DNA from: a virus
Lineage: Duplodnaviria; Caudoviricetes
Virus record (IMG/VR): IMGVR_UViG_3300018080_000230
Coordinates: 1 to 52,981 of that record
Direction: 5' to 3' (one strand)
Length of the DNA stretch: 52,981 bases
How positions within the stretch are numbered: position 1 is the first letter of the stretch; each line of letters opens with the position of its first letter. Positions 19,557 through 28,991 of this stretch are shown one piece after another. The notes beneath the pieces were generated by a model. The model was given only the letters and a program-made list of their open reading frames with translations. It made no database searches and was not told where the DNA came from. Both the position numbers and the translations under genes were made by a program.

Positions 19557-19877
19557 TTAATCGGATTCTGATTCGTTTTCGGCTTTCGCTTTCGCTTTTT
19601 CCCGGTCGGCCTTTTTGTATTCCTTAAGATTCTGTTCTGACCGCTTCTCGGCCTCGCTCATGTGTTTTTTCTTCCACTCGTCCCAGGTATAGCGTCCGGG
19701 TTTGCTGTTTGCAAGCTTGGCCACTTTTTTCCATTCGTCGATTGTTCTCGGCCCGGTCTCGCCCAAGAGCCTTAAAACATCATACGTCCCTTTGCTTGCG
19801 CCTGTTGTCTTAATAAAAATTTCCAAGGACTTGGATTGTTTTGCCTTGCTCATTAAATCACTCCTTTTTTTAAACAT
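19557..19877 (-). CDS. hypothetical protein upstream of the sheath
   Basis: Small charged ORF; start may be 19853 (AGGAG RBS). Confidence 0.65.
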   Translation of the reverse strand: MFKKRSDLMSKAKQSKSLEIFIKTTGASKGTYDVLRLLGETGPRTIDEWKKVAKLANSKPGRYTWDEWKKKHMSEAEKRSEQNLKEYKKADREKAKAKAENESESD

Positions 19878-20733
19878 AGGTATAGTTTATTGTCACACCG
19901 CTCACCTTCGGGTCTTTTACACTCATTAAGAAATCGTACCCGATTGTGACCCTTATGGGTCTTGAAAATACCGGCTTTGATATTATCGCCCCCGAAAGAT
20001 CGTCATCGTGTCCCATACCGGCGATCTGTCTTGATATGCAGCCAATGGCCGTAAGCCTTTCCCAATGCTCATAAAGGATTTCTTTTATTGCAAGATAGAG
20101 CCTATTACATTCAGGCTGGATAAGAGAAACCGGTCTGATAATAAAACTCCATTCGTAAATGCCACCGATATAAGTAACATAAGAATCAGGATCGTCCGGG
20201 TCGGGCTCACTATGACTTTCATCCCCGATATTTCTTTGTGTCTCAGGATCATCCATTGGATGAATAAGCACAATGATTTTTTCACCAAGCTCTTGGGGAT
20301 CGACCGAATTGGCCTCCCTGACCTCAAACTCCTCCCATCCTTTATTGATTAATCCTTGCTCTATAATTACCCGAAGCTCGGTAGGGAGATAAATATTATC
20401 CGATACCACGGAATATTCAGGCTCTCCGCTCGTACTCACTACGGTCGAATAAACCGGAGTCGCATCGGTACTATAAGCCCAGGCAGAGTAAAAATATTCC
20501 ACGGAATTTTCAAGCACTCCCGATTTATAATCCCTGCCCCAATCTATCATGTAATCTCTGTTACCGTCATAGACAAGAACTGCATCGGGATCGCTCATAC
20601 TTGTAGGTGCGCTCCCTGTTTTGCGATATATTTTTACACCCGCAAAATCAGAATCGGTAGGATTAACCCACCTGGCAACCATAGCATTGCCCTGGGGTCT
20701 GGACTGAACAGTTAAAGATGATACTGGATTCAT
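19870..20733 (-). CDS. tail terminator/completion protein with N-terminal FN3-like domain
   Basis: WVNPTDSDFAGVKIYRK...YFYSAWAY FN3-like motif; neck cluster position. Confidence 0.65.
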   Translation of the reverse strand: MNPVSSLTVQSRPQGNAMVARWVNPTDSDFAGVKIYRKTGSAPTSMSDPDAVLVYDGNRDYMIDWGRDYKSGVLENSVEYFYSAWAYSTDATPVYSTVVSTSGEPEYSVVSDNIYLPTELRVIIEQGLINKGWEEFEVREANSVDPQELGEKIIVLIHPMDDPETQRNIGDESHSEPDPDDPDSYVTYIGGIYEWSFIIRPVSLIQPECNRLYLAIKEILYEHWERLTAIGCISRQIAGMGHDDDLSGAIISKPVFSRPIRVTIGYDFLMSVKDPKVSGVTINYTYV

Positions 20734-21572
20734 GCCATTGCTATCCCTTCAAAATCTTTTCTTAATCCCTCCATCAAACTTTCCTCAATAAAAGGAGCCA
20801 TTTGATTAAGGGCGGTTTCCGCAACATATTTTCCGGTCACGGCTGGTAAAACCCATGCGTTTGGATCACGCAATCTTGATTCCGCACTGGCTGTCCGAAA
20901 AGTCATGTATTCCATGTGCCTTGTGCTGCCCGGCCTCTCCATTTTAACCATACCCTCGTATTTTCCAGAGGCCCAATTTTTTCCTTCTGGAATATGCATG
21001 AGTTGATTTTCACCCGCAGAGTATCGGCTACCCCACTTATATGTGTACCTGGTAGCCGGTCTTCCATGAATGTTTGGAGAAAAATAAATCCTGGGTAATC
21101 TTCTGGATGCGCCGAACTCCCTGCTTTTCACCACTTGATGAACTTCTTCCGGCATAACATCACTGCCAAACGTAACCGATCCTGGTGTTCCATGCCTGAA
21201 CGGTATAACAAGATATGGTTTGCCTTTTTTGCTCACCCTGGTTTTTGAGCTTACCAAATAATGAGGCAGCATGTCTAATTGTGGCCGTCCTTCTTCAATA
21301 ACAATAGCATAAGGCAAATCGTTTTCCAGCCTCAATTCCAGAGGATCGCCTTTATATGGGTATTGATAGCCCTCCCGCCATTTCCTGAGATAATCCCCTG
21401 ATCGCCGTCCAACACCCTTATCCACGGAAATCCGCTTAATAGCTGATATGAGTTTTGATCCAGCTTCCTCAAAAGCCCTAAACGTATTTGGCAAAACTCT
21501 TGCGCCAAAACGCCTAAGAGCCTCAAGCTCCTCATCCACCATTTTAAAATTGACCTTGAATTTTTTTATCAT
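20730..21572 (-). CDS. neck/tail completion protein
   Basis: PYAIVIEEG, PYLVIPFRHGTPG and YMTFRT motifs typical of large myovirus neck proteins. Confidence 0.7.
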   Translation of the reverse strand: MIKKFKVNFKMVDEELEALRRFGARVLPNTFRAFEEAGSKLISAIKRISVDKGVGRRSGDYLRKWREGYQYPYKGDPLELRLENDLPYAIVIEEGRPQLDMLPHYLVSSKTRVSKKGKPYLVIPFRHGTPGSVTFGSDVMPEEVHQVVKSREFGASRRLPRIYFSPNIHGRPATRYTYKWGSRYSAGENQLMHIPEGKNWASGKYEGMVKMERPGSTRHMEYMTFRTASAESRLRDPNAWVLPAVTGKYVAETALNQMAPFIEESLMEGLRKDFEGIAMA

Positions 21573-22600
21573 GGGTCAATAAAATCCTTTTTCTTCAAAA
21601 TGCACCGCTTCGGTAATAACTGAGCATCTTGTCTGCGGTTCATCGGTATTTCCCTATACACGATATAGGTCGGCTGGATCAAATACTGAACAGCATACCG
21701 CTCGGAACTTGTGCTTGTTGCATCAAGATAAAATGTATACTGGCCGTTAAGGTCGATTGTCTGGTTTGTCACCGTTGTTATTTGCCCCCACAAAAAAATT
21801 GTCCCAGGTTCCATCTGGCCTGTCTCGGCAAATCCCACAAACTCATTATGCAAAATCTGATCTGTGTTGTAATCTTCCGTGAAATCCAGAACAAATTCAT
21901 GGTTCAAACTGTCTATCATGGTCAGTTTGTTCCAATTTCCGTACTTGTCCCGTATATAACCGCCTCCAACCTGTTTCAATGATTTTGAGACATCAAGATC
22001 AAGTCTGAGCCGTTTTCCCTTAACCGGGTGATCGTTAAAATCAATTTTATTGTTATCGGTCAAGGTGAATTGAAGACCCTCGGTTAAAACCTTGTCCCAT
22101 GATCTTACGTCCAGGATGGAATCAATAAAAATATTCCGAAGTCTGTAATCGTGTTCACGCTTGATCACGTCCTCGATCCTTTGCTTGACATCCAGGAGAA
22201 TTACCTTGTCACCTTCGCCTATCACATCCCATATATTATTATGAACAAAGTGCCAGGGAACTGAGCTTTTATCCCAGGTATAATATGGTATGGTAAGCAG
22301 CATATCTCCAATTTCACCTTCTCCTATCCTGTCCCTCATTTTTTCATTATGGATCGCACTTACAAGAATACGGCTGTAATCCTCGTAAGCTTTATAGATT
22401 CTGCCATTGCCCCTGCATGTAGGACAATCTTTTTTGGGGTTATCTGAGGAAAAGGCATAATAGTCGTCATTAAAATTCCTCTCTTTGCAAGCGCACCTGT
22501 AAGAGCGGTAATAACGAACACGCTGCCCCATTGAATATGCCAACATAGCAAATTTTTGTGGGGCTATGGTAAGAAGCGGTAGTTTATCCCCGATAGCCAT
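21569..22600 (-). CDS. head closure/stopper-like neck protein
   Basis: CAC...CPTCRGNG Zn motif; follows the adaptor gene. Confidence 0.7.
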   Translation of the reverse strand: MAIGDKLPLLTIAPQKFAMLAYSMGQRVRYYRSYRCACKERNFNDDYYAFSSDNPKKDCPTCRGNGRIYKAYEDYSRILVSAIHNEKMRDRIGEGEIGDMLLTIPYYTWDKSSVPWHFVHNNIWDVIGEGDKVILLDVKQRIEDVIKREHDYRLRNIFIDSILDVRSWDKVLTEGLQFTLTDNNKIDFNDHPVKGKRLRLDLDVSKSLKQVGGGYIRDKYGNWNKLTMIDSLNHEFVLDFTEDYNTDQILHNEFVGFAETGQMEPGTIFLWGQITTVTNQTIDLNGQYTFYLDATSTSSERYAVQYLIQPTYIVYREIPMNRRQDAQLLPKRCILKKKDFIDP

Positions 22601-23664
22601 TAGATAAACTCCATAAGTACACCTTTTTCAGAATCTCTCCAATTCTCGATGAGCCCCGGTCTTCCAGGTTCACCGTTAAGCTCTTTCTTGTACTGAATTA
22701 TCCTTGCGCCGAAAGTCGCATTTTCGACCCCCGCCGTATAGCTTGTGCTGGCAGAAAGACCGTCTGCACTCCATGATTCCGATGATATCCCGACCCTCAT
22801 TGCATCACCAAGAAAATGGAGAACATTCACGGCTGAAAGCTTTCCAACAATCATGATTGCTGTCATCATGCCCGGCATACTACGGTCAACCAAACGGTAT
22901 GAAACGTCTGTCAATGCCGTACCGGTATAGACTTCCCTGAGTTTAAGCTGAGTATCGCTGTCAACCTGTTTTACCACATAACACCGATCCTGGTTATCCA
23001 TATTTATTTTAAGATTTCCAGGGGGAAGATTTTTAAAAGCCGTTCCCGTACCGGTCACCGTATCGCTGTTATTTGCTATGGATATCGTACCGGTTTCTTC
23101 TCGTCTGCCATACCCGCATGTATAATCACATTCAAGTAAAGCAGGAACAACTTTATGGTAATGCGTACACCAGGGGAGCCAGAACGTTCCGGCTGTCAAC
23201 TGAGTCAGGGCCAGGTCAAACGATACGCCGGTAACAGGCCGGACAACCACCATGCCATTCTTGGTTTTCCACTTAAGCCATTCAAGAGGAAAATTCAAGG
23301 CTGGCTGCTGATCCGCTTTTGCCAATTTCCAGGCAAACCGTTCAATGGAAAGAATTGGGGTTATCGGGAGCTTTTTCTTGCAATAAAAAAGCCCCGTACC
23401 AAACCCGATCTCGTCACTGTAGACATTGATCGGATCAAGCAATTCATCGTAGTCATACCCCAATTTTTTATCACTGGTAGGATTCGTAAGAAATTTAGTC
23501 TGTGCCAGCCTTACGCCCATGAAATTCTCAAACTCATCAATGGCCGTGTCTATCTCATGCTGGATCGTTTCGTCTGGAATAAGATTTCCAGACTGATCCA
23601 TAAGATCAAGACCGAACAAAAAATGAGATTTAAGCTCATAGGCATCAAAGCAGATTTTATTCAT
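22600..23664 (-). CDS. head-tail adaptor protein
   Basis: ELKSHFLFGLDL, YTCG and GISSESWSADGLS...FGARIIQY motifs. Confidence 0.75.
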   Translation of the reverse strand: MNKICFDAYELKSHFLFGLDLMDQSGNLIPDETIQHEIDTAIDEFENFMGVRLAQTKFLTNPTSDKKLGYDYDELLDPINVYSDEIGFGTGLFYCKKKLPITPILSIERFAWKLAKADQQPALNFPLEWLKWKTKNGMVVVRPVTGVSFDLALTQLTAGTFWLPWCTHYHKVVPALLECDYTCGYGRREETGTISIANNSDTVTGTGTAFKNLPPGNLKINMDNQDRCYVVKQVDSDTQLKLREVYTGTALTDVSYRLVDRSMPGMMTAIMIVGKLSAVNVLHFLGDAMRVGISSESWSADGLSASTSYTAGVENATFGARIIQYKKELNGEPGRPGLIENWRDSEKGVLMEFI

Positions 23665-23990
23665 TACGCCCTTCCCATGTATTTGACGGTAATTTTTCCG
23701 CTCGTATAAGCAGAAACTTTTGCCCGGATTCCCTTAACATAGGGAATACTTGTTATCAGGGATGCGGACGTTATATTGCTTCCGATCTGGAAGAAAGTGA
23801 CATCATCTGCCGTCCCTTCAAGCTGCACAGTACCAACAAAAGTGCCGGTAACTGCAACCGATTGCAACCGCATCTTGCTCACGTCCAGGACATTGCCATT
23901 TACCTGCGCTTCCACTTCGTTGAGTAAAGTGGCAACTATCCTGTACGGATCAAAAGGGTTTCCTCTCGGAGTTACAGGAATTGTATCCAT
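23664..23990 (-). CDS. small beta-sandwich virion protein
   Basis: VTGTFVGTVQLEGTAD...IRAKVSAYTSG jelly-roll-like pattern. Confidence 0.6.
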   Translation of the reverse strand: MDTIPVTPRGNPFDPYRIVATLLNEVEAQVNGNVLDVSKMRLQSVAVTGTFVGTVQLEGTADDVTFFQIGSNITSASLITSIPYVKGIRAKVSAYTSGKITVKYMGRA

Positions 23991-23993
23991 TTT

Positions 23994-24497
23994 TTACCTT
24001 TCACGTTTATAAACCCGATATGTTCCGTTACGATAAATCAAGACAGGTCGCCTTGATTTAATGGGAAAACGAAAAATAAGCTCCCTGGCCGTGGACACAT
24101 GGATAAAATTATTATCCGGGTAAAGAATAACCTGATTGAAAAGCATATTATCAATAATCCAGTGAAACACCTTTTTGCAGTTTCTTTTAAAATTCGGAAA
24201 GGTGAAATCACACGCACCGCTTCCAATAGGATTTAATTCACACCAGAAAAAATGATCCGATGTCCGGCTGGCCGGATACTTTGCATTCCGCAGAGCTTCG
24301 TAAATAATCATATCACGAATCCCGCTTGTAACCGATATGGGTTTGTTTATAAAATCCCGTATTGGCTGCATTAACTGAATACAAAGGGTTTCCACCCCGA
24401 AGACGTTTTTATTCGTCTTCGGGATGGAATAGCCGGGAACCAAGCTGGAATGATTAAACTCATTCCAGCTAAAATTTTTCGTCAAGTCTCCCATCAT
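23994..24497 (-). CDS. peptidase M15A-family cell-wall hydrolase (putative endolysin)
   Basis: LTKNFSWNEF, SGIR, SDH, ACDF and FIHVS Zn-peptidase motifs; start moved to the ATGA overlap at 24497. Confidence 0.85.
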   Translation of the reverse strand: MMGDLTKNFSWNEFNHSSLVPGYSIPKTNKNVFGVETLCIQLMQPIRDFINKPISVTSGIRDMIIYEALRNAKYPASRTSDHFFWCELNPIGSGACDFTFPNFKRNCKKVFHWIIDNMLFNQVILYPDNNFIHVSTARELIFRFPIKSRRPVLIYRNGTYRVYKRER

Positions 24498-25435
24498 GCT
24501 GCCACTGCATCGATCACAAGCGTCGGAGCGGTCGTATCCAGGATAATGCTGCATTCAACTGTCACATAGTCGGCTGATGCGCTCTTTGCCCTGAACCGGA
24601 CATCGAAATTTTTCGTACCGTCACCGGCGTTCAGTGTTACGGTCGAAACCGATCCGATTGAAGTTTCCGTGATTTCCTGGATGGAACCGCCCGATCCCCC
24701 GCCTTCACCCAGGGTATGATCGAATACGGCCACGGTCACTGCCCCGCCTTTATTTGTCCATGAAGACATAAAGGCGATACTTACGGACGTGCTGCCTGTT
24801 GTTTGGCCCTGATATGCACCGCTATTAAGCTGAACGATATCGGACTGATTCTCACGGATATAAAAGTTTTCTTCACTTGAACCTTCATTGGCCGTTGCAT
24901 CCTCACCCCAGGCTTTGACATAATTTATCTGACCGCCGGAACTCTTGGCCAGGGGGCTGGTATGGGTAGTGGTATCCCACCGCCATCCGATCTGGAAGCT
25001 CACATTGGTCTGGTCTCCATCCGTATAATCACTCCCCAGGGTAAGGTCTGTACCCGAAACACTGGCCACGGAATAAAGGCCATCGGTAATTGATGCATGA
25101 CTGAGATAAATCCAATCACCTGTCCCGATATCCGTGTCCCACGATCCGATGGTTGAGGACGTAAGCACCAGGGAGCTTATTGATCCATCCGTTGCCTTGT
25201 CCACTGCATCGGGGGAAAGGTTTGATTTCTGATCGTTCCCGGTAGGATTCGGGGATTGACCGACAAAAAGATTCGGGCGACCGGCCACGCTGCTTTTGTC
25301 CGCAACCAAATCCATTGAAGTACATGCGATCCTGATCTCAATTCCAAGACCGGTATCGGAGACACCGTTGGAGCCGTTACCGGCCAGCATGGGATCGGCT
25401 GCGCCTCCACCTGCACTGTTAAGACGTACTGACAT
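24494..25435 (-). CDS. Ig-like virion structural protein (putative head fibre/decoration subunit)
   Basis: Ser/Thr/Gly-rich; GDGTKNFDVRF...IILDTTAP Big-domain-like motif. Confidence 0.6.
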   Translation of the reverse strand: MSVRLNSAGGGAADPMLAGNGSNGVSDTGLGIEIRIACTSMDLVADKSSVAGRPNLFVGQSPNPTGNDQKSNLSPDAVDKATDGSISSLVLTSSTIGSWDTDIGTGDWIYLSHASITDGLYSVASVSGTDLTLGSDYTDGDQTNVSFQIGWRWDTTTHTSPLAKSSGGQINYVKAWGEDATANEGSSEENFYIRENQSDIVQLNSGAYQGQTTGSTSVSIAFMSSWTNKGGAVTVAVFDHTLGEGGGSGGSIQEITETSIGSVSTVTLNAGDGTKNFDVRFRAKSASADYVTVECSIILDTTAPTLVIDAVAA

Positions 25436-25457
25436 TTAGAAACTCCTTTTTAAAAGG

Positions 25458-26846
25458 TTATTTAGCTATTGAACTTATTGCCAAACTCGGAGGGGTAATA
25501 TCTCCACCCCATTCATAAGCACTTTTTGAAACCTTGTTGGTATCATGCGGTCTTGCATTGCCGTCGATACCAGCCGTGTTTTCCGAAAACAATCCGCTAT
25601 TGGTTCCACCTTCTTTTGCATCCGTATAATCTTTGATCTTGAGAAAGTTACCACTCGTATCATCCGTAGATAAAACATAGTCAGTGATACTCTTGCCAGC
25701 AGCATTATAATCAACATTGCCAGTACCAGCACCCAATGAAGAATCGTTTGCGGAACAATAAGTAGGATTGGAAGATGTACTTGTAACACACTGTCCACCA
25801 GCTTGCACATGATAAAGACAATTTATCTGGCCTTTAATTCTGCCCCATCCTCGAATACAATTACTTATACTATTATATATCACACAATTCTGAATATCGC
25901 ATGAATCATTATTACCGTCGGTACACTCAATTCCTCGGTACATATCCCAAATTACAAGGTTATGCAACTCGGAAGTAAGGCTCTCTAATGTACTTGGGTT
26001 AAGACGCACTGCACGTCCACCACTTGTATATGTATACCCGTTACCGTCCATCTTGCAGTTATAGACTTTGAGTTTCCAACTCCCGGTCGCACTGGCAGTT
26101 TGTTGGACACAGGATTCCATAGTAGAAGCATTGGCTTTAAAAAAGTGGTTATCAACTATACAATTTCCTGACCCGACATTTGTAAAATTATAACCGTTTG
26201 TCGCAACATTGATGATATAGGAAAATTTTGTTGTTTGGGTAATCTTAAAATCGTAAGAACTAATATCGTGTGTAAAGGTTTGGTTAGAAAGAACAAATTC
26301 TTCAATAACTTGACAGGTTAAATTTCCCGTCTGTGTCCCAACATCAGCAGTAAAATCGCCCCAGGTATCGTAAGTCCCACCCTCTCCAACCGTACAAGTA
26401 CCCGATGTTATGGCATTAAGATCAATAATGTTATCGCTGAATATTTTTAAAGTGGAATCTTGCATTACATCCTGGGTAAGACTCGTACCGTCAATAGGCT
26501 CCACCACCTTTCCCTCTGCTCTCCAATCATCTTCAAGACCTTTTATTTTTAATGCTCCGGCTATTTCTGAAATATTGATGTGTAATGGCGATCTCCGAAA
26601 ACTCGAATCCAGAACAATTTTAATCTCAGGATTGAGAACCATAGCCTGTTCTTGAAAAGAAAGGATGCGGGTCAGGTAGCTTTTGGGAAATTTTATGATA
26701 GCAAAGGTTTTTTTCATGTGATCGGATAATTGCTTATCCGCATCTTTCCAGGAAACAAACATGCCGTCTTTATAGCCCCAATGCTCACGGCCAACCGGCA
26801 TTTCCTGGTTTCCGACTTTCCAGACAGTATTTATGAAATCAGACAT
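25458..26846 (-). CDS. beta-helix virion protein (putative head fibre tip/adhesin)
   Basis: TVGEGGTYDT cap, Asn/Cys-ladder repeats (IQNCVIYN), C-terminal IDGNARP...SAYE motif. Confidence 0.65.
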   Translation of the reverse strand: MSDFINTVWKVGNQEMPVGREHWGYKDGMFVSWKDADKQLSDHMKKTFAIIKFPKSYLTRILSFQEQAMVLNPEIKIVLDSSFRRSPLHINISEIAGALKIKGLEDDWRAEGKVVEPIDGTSLTQDVMQDSTLKIFSDNIIDLNAITSGTCTVGEGGTYDTWGDFTADVGTQTGNLTCQVIEEFVLSNQTFTHDISSYDFKITQTTKFSYIINVATNGYNFTNVGSGNCIVDNHFFKANASTMESCVQQTASATGSWKLKVYNCKMDGNGYTYTSGGRAVRLNPSTLESLTSELHNLVIWDMYRGIECTDGNNDSCDIQNCVIYNSISNCIRGWGRIKGQINCLYHVQAGGQCVTSTSSNPTYCSANDSSLGAGTGNVDYNAAGKSITDYVLSTDDTSGNFLKIKDYTDAKEGGTNSGLFSENTAGIDGNARPHDTNKVSKSAYEWGGDITPPSLAISSIAK

Positions 26847-26854
26847 TTTCTCTT

Positions 26855-26902
26855 TTCCAAAAAAAGCCAGCTTTCATAGAATATATGGGAAGCTGGCTTT
26901 TT
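26855..26902. terminator. intrinsic terminator, potentially bidirectional
   Basis: aaaaaagccagctt...aagctggctttttt inverted repeat with A and T tracts on both sides. Confidence 0.8.
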
Positions 26903-26941
26903 TAAAAAAACGATGGTAAAACAATCTATTTCAAAATCTCT

Positions 26942-27487
26942 TTAACCGGCTAATTCAGCTTTCCTTTCCTGGATAGCTTGTAACACCGTTTTTCTTGCCT
27001 TGTTTCCCTTGGCTTCTTCCTGTAGCTGGTAAAAATCCAGCATCTCAGGATTTTCCTCACCACTGATGGTATCAATAGCATCGTCGGCCTTGTAGTCTGA
27101 TATGTTTTCAGCCCCCTGGCTTTCGCCCGGAAACCCTTCATCTTTGCCGTCGTCGCCACCTTCTCCATCATCCTGGCCGTCGTCCACGTCACTCAGGCCA
27201 TCGTCTTCATCCAGACCGGGGGGCAGGGGAGGTAATATCGGATCTTTTGCCTGGCCGATAGCTGTGGGGCTGTCCACCATCGGCCTGTCTTTGCAGGGCT
27301 CGAACTGCTTGCCATCCTGGAAGGAAAGAGCCCATGCGATCTGCTGCGGAGTTAAGGGATCGGAAACTCCATCAACAAACCGGATTTTCTGGCCCATATA
27401 GGCCGGGAGAAGCTTTTCGCCTTTGCGAAAAGACTTGTCAACCTTATCGGTCATCTTAACCCGGTCGAAGTCAAAATTGCTTTTCAT
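26942..27487 (-). CDS. post-capsid hypothetical protein with acidic linker
   Basis: C-terminal EEAKGNKARKTVLQAI helical motif often seen after capsid genes. Confidence 0.75.
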   Translation of the reverse strand: MKSNFDFDRVKMTDKVDKSFRKGEKLLPAYMGQKIRFVDGVSDPLTPQQIAWALSFQDGKQFEPCKDRPMVDSPTAIGQAKDPILPPLPPGLDEDDGLSDVDDGQDDGEGGDDGKDEGFPGESQGAENISDYKADDAIDTISGEENPEMLDFYQLQEEAKGNKARKTVLQAIQERKAELAG

Positions 27488-27513
27488 TGTTCCACCTCTC
27501 TTTTTATGATCGG

Positions 27514-27543
27514 AAAGAGGGGGGAGAAAAAATCTCCCCCCTC
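27514..27543 (-). terminator. hairpin/terminator after the major capsid gene
   Basis: GAGGGGGGAGA-TTTTT-TCTCCCCCCTC followed by a short T run. Confidence 0.7.
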
Positions 27544-27563
27544 ATGACTTGATCACGGGTTGA

Positions 27564-28940
27564 TTAGAGCTTGCCCTTGACGTTCTTGAAGACCACGAAC
27601 TTGTTGGGAGCGGTCAACTGCAAGGTTACATAAAGATTCTGCAACCACTGGACATACGCCCCCACCCTGGCAAGCGGAAGCTTGGTCAGGGGAGCAAGAC
27701 GCTTGACACAGATCGTATCAAGCAGCGTGTCCACGTCACAGACGAAAGTATTGCTCGTTCCCGGTATGTCTTCATTCTTGTCATCCACGTTCTGAGGCGA
27801 TGCTGAAAAGGCGACCGTCCTCATGTATTTCAGCACCGTGGAGGTCGGGGTCTGCAACCGGTAAATCTTGTACGCCTGGGGAGTCGCCCCCGAACCGTTC
27901 TTGGTCACGGCAATACGGATTCCTTCACCGGAAGCGACCGCAATACCGGATTCTGCGGACGGAGCGGATTCACCCTTATCCGTGATGGCGGTCACGGCAA
28001 AGGTATACGTCCCGACCGCTGCGCCGAACTGCTCATCGGCTGCTGCAATTGTGGACAGGGCAATGGTCGGGGCTAACGGGCCACCCGTTCCCTTCGCTGC
28101 CGTGGGTTTCGCCTGACCTTCTTTAATAAAGACATCGGGCCGGAAAGCAATGTCTCCGAAAGATGTCCGCACACCGGCGGTCGGCGTACCGATCATGATA
28201 CCCTGCGCCGGATTTACGGGCAGGATGAGACGCTGATCGGGCTCAATAGAGGCATCCAGGGAAGACTGAACACCGTGAGCATGGAAGGAATAGTTGGCTG
28301 AACCGTAATTATCGGCAATGATCTGCGCTGCATCCTGGAAGTTAAGCTGTGAAAGCTCGGCGTTTCTCATGTCGATAATGTGATCCGCACTGGCATTTGC
28401 CACCACCAGGGCCAGGAGTCCATCAAACTCCTTGGGGATGTTTGTGGAATTGCCGTTAAAAATGGTTTCTTCCAGTTTCCTGAGAAGAAAGCGTGTACCG
28501 GCAATGGTCTGGACATTGATCGGGCTCTGGATATTTTTCACCTGACCGGACACGTCTGAAACTTTGCGGAGAGTCCGCAAATATTTCACGACCGAATACT
28601 TACGGGTCAGGGTCGGGTCTGATTCTTCGGGATTCTCGATCTCGGAGACAAACGCACCCTCGTTCTCACCGTAGTCGCTCTCGACCGAATATTCTTCCAC
28701 CGTGGAATATGCGGGACGCTGCGGGATGACCTTTACGGCCTTGAGATGTTTTTCGGAAAAGGTCACGTTTTTCAACGTGCCGTCAAGAGACTGCATACGC
28801 AGTGCTGAACCGCCGGTAAAACCGGACGGATCAACTCCCTGACCCGTTTCCAACGCCTTGATAAGCTCCTGAATCTGTTCGGGAGTCGCCGTGGCGTTCT
28901 CAACGTTGTCAGTGTTGGCAAGTTTTTGAATGTCGTCCAT
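27564..28940 (-). CDS. major capsid protein precursor (SPO1/Twort/A511-like)
   Basis: ELIK|ALETGQG...GGSALRMQSLD, AYSTVEEY and EFDGL motifs; inserted FN3-like domain; C-terminal PNKFVVFKNV. Confidence 0.95.
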   Translation of the reverse strand: MDDIQKLANTDNVENATATPEQIQELIKALETGQGVDPSGFTGGSALRMQSLDGTLKNVTFSEKHLKAVKVIPQRPAYSTVEEYSVESDYGENEGAFVSEIENPEESDPTLTRKYSVVKYLRTLRKVSDVSGQVKNIQSPINVQTIAGTRFLLRKLEETIFNGNSTNIPKEFDGLLALVVANASADHIIDMRNAELSQLNFQDAAQIIADNYGSANYSFHAHGVQSSLDASIEPDQRLILPVNPAQGIMIGTPTAGVRTSFGDIAFRPDVFIKEGQAKPTAAKGTGGPLAPTIALSTIAAADEQFGAAVGTYTFAVTAITDKGESAPSAESGIAVASGEGIRIAVTKNGSGATPQAYKIYRLQTPTSTVLKYMRTVAFSASPQNVDDKNEDIPGTSNTFVCDVDTLLDTICVKRLAPLTKLPLARVGAYVQWLQNLYVTLQLTAPNKFVVFKNVKGKL

Positions 28941-28991
28941 TCTTTAAACTCCTTGAATTAAATTGAGTTTGGTTACTTGAATAATTTCCTT

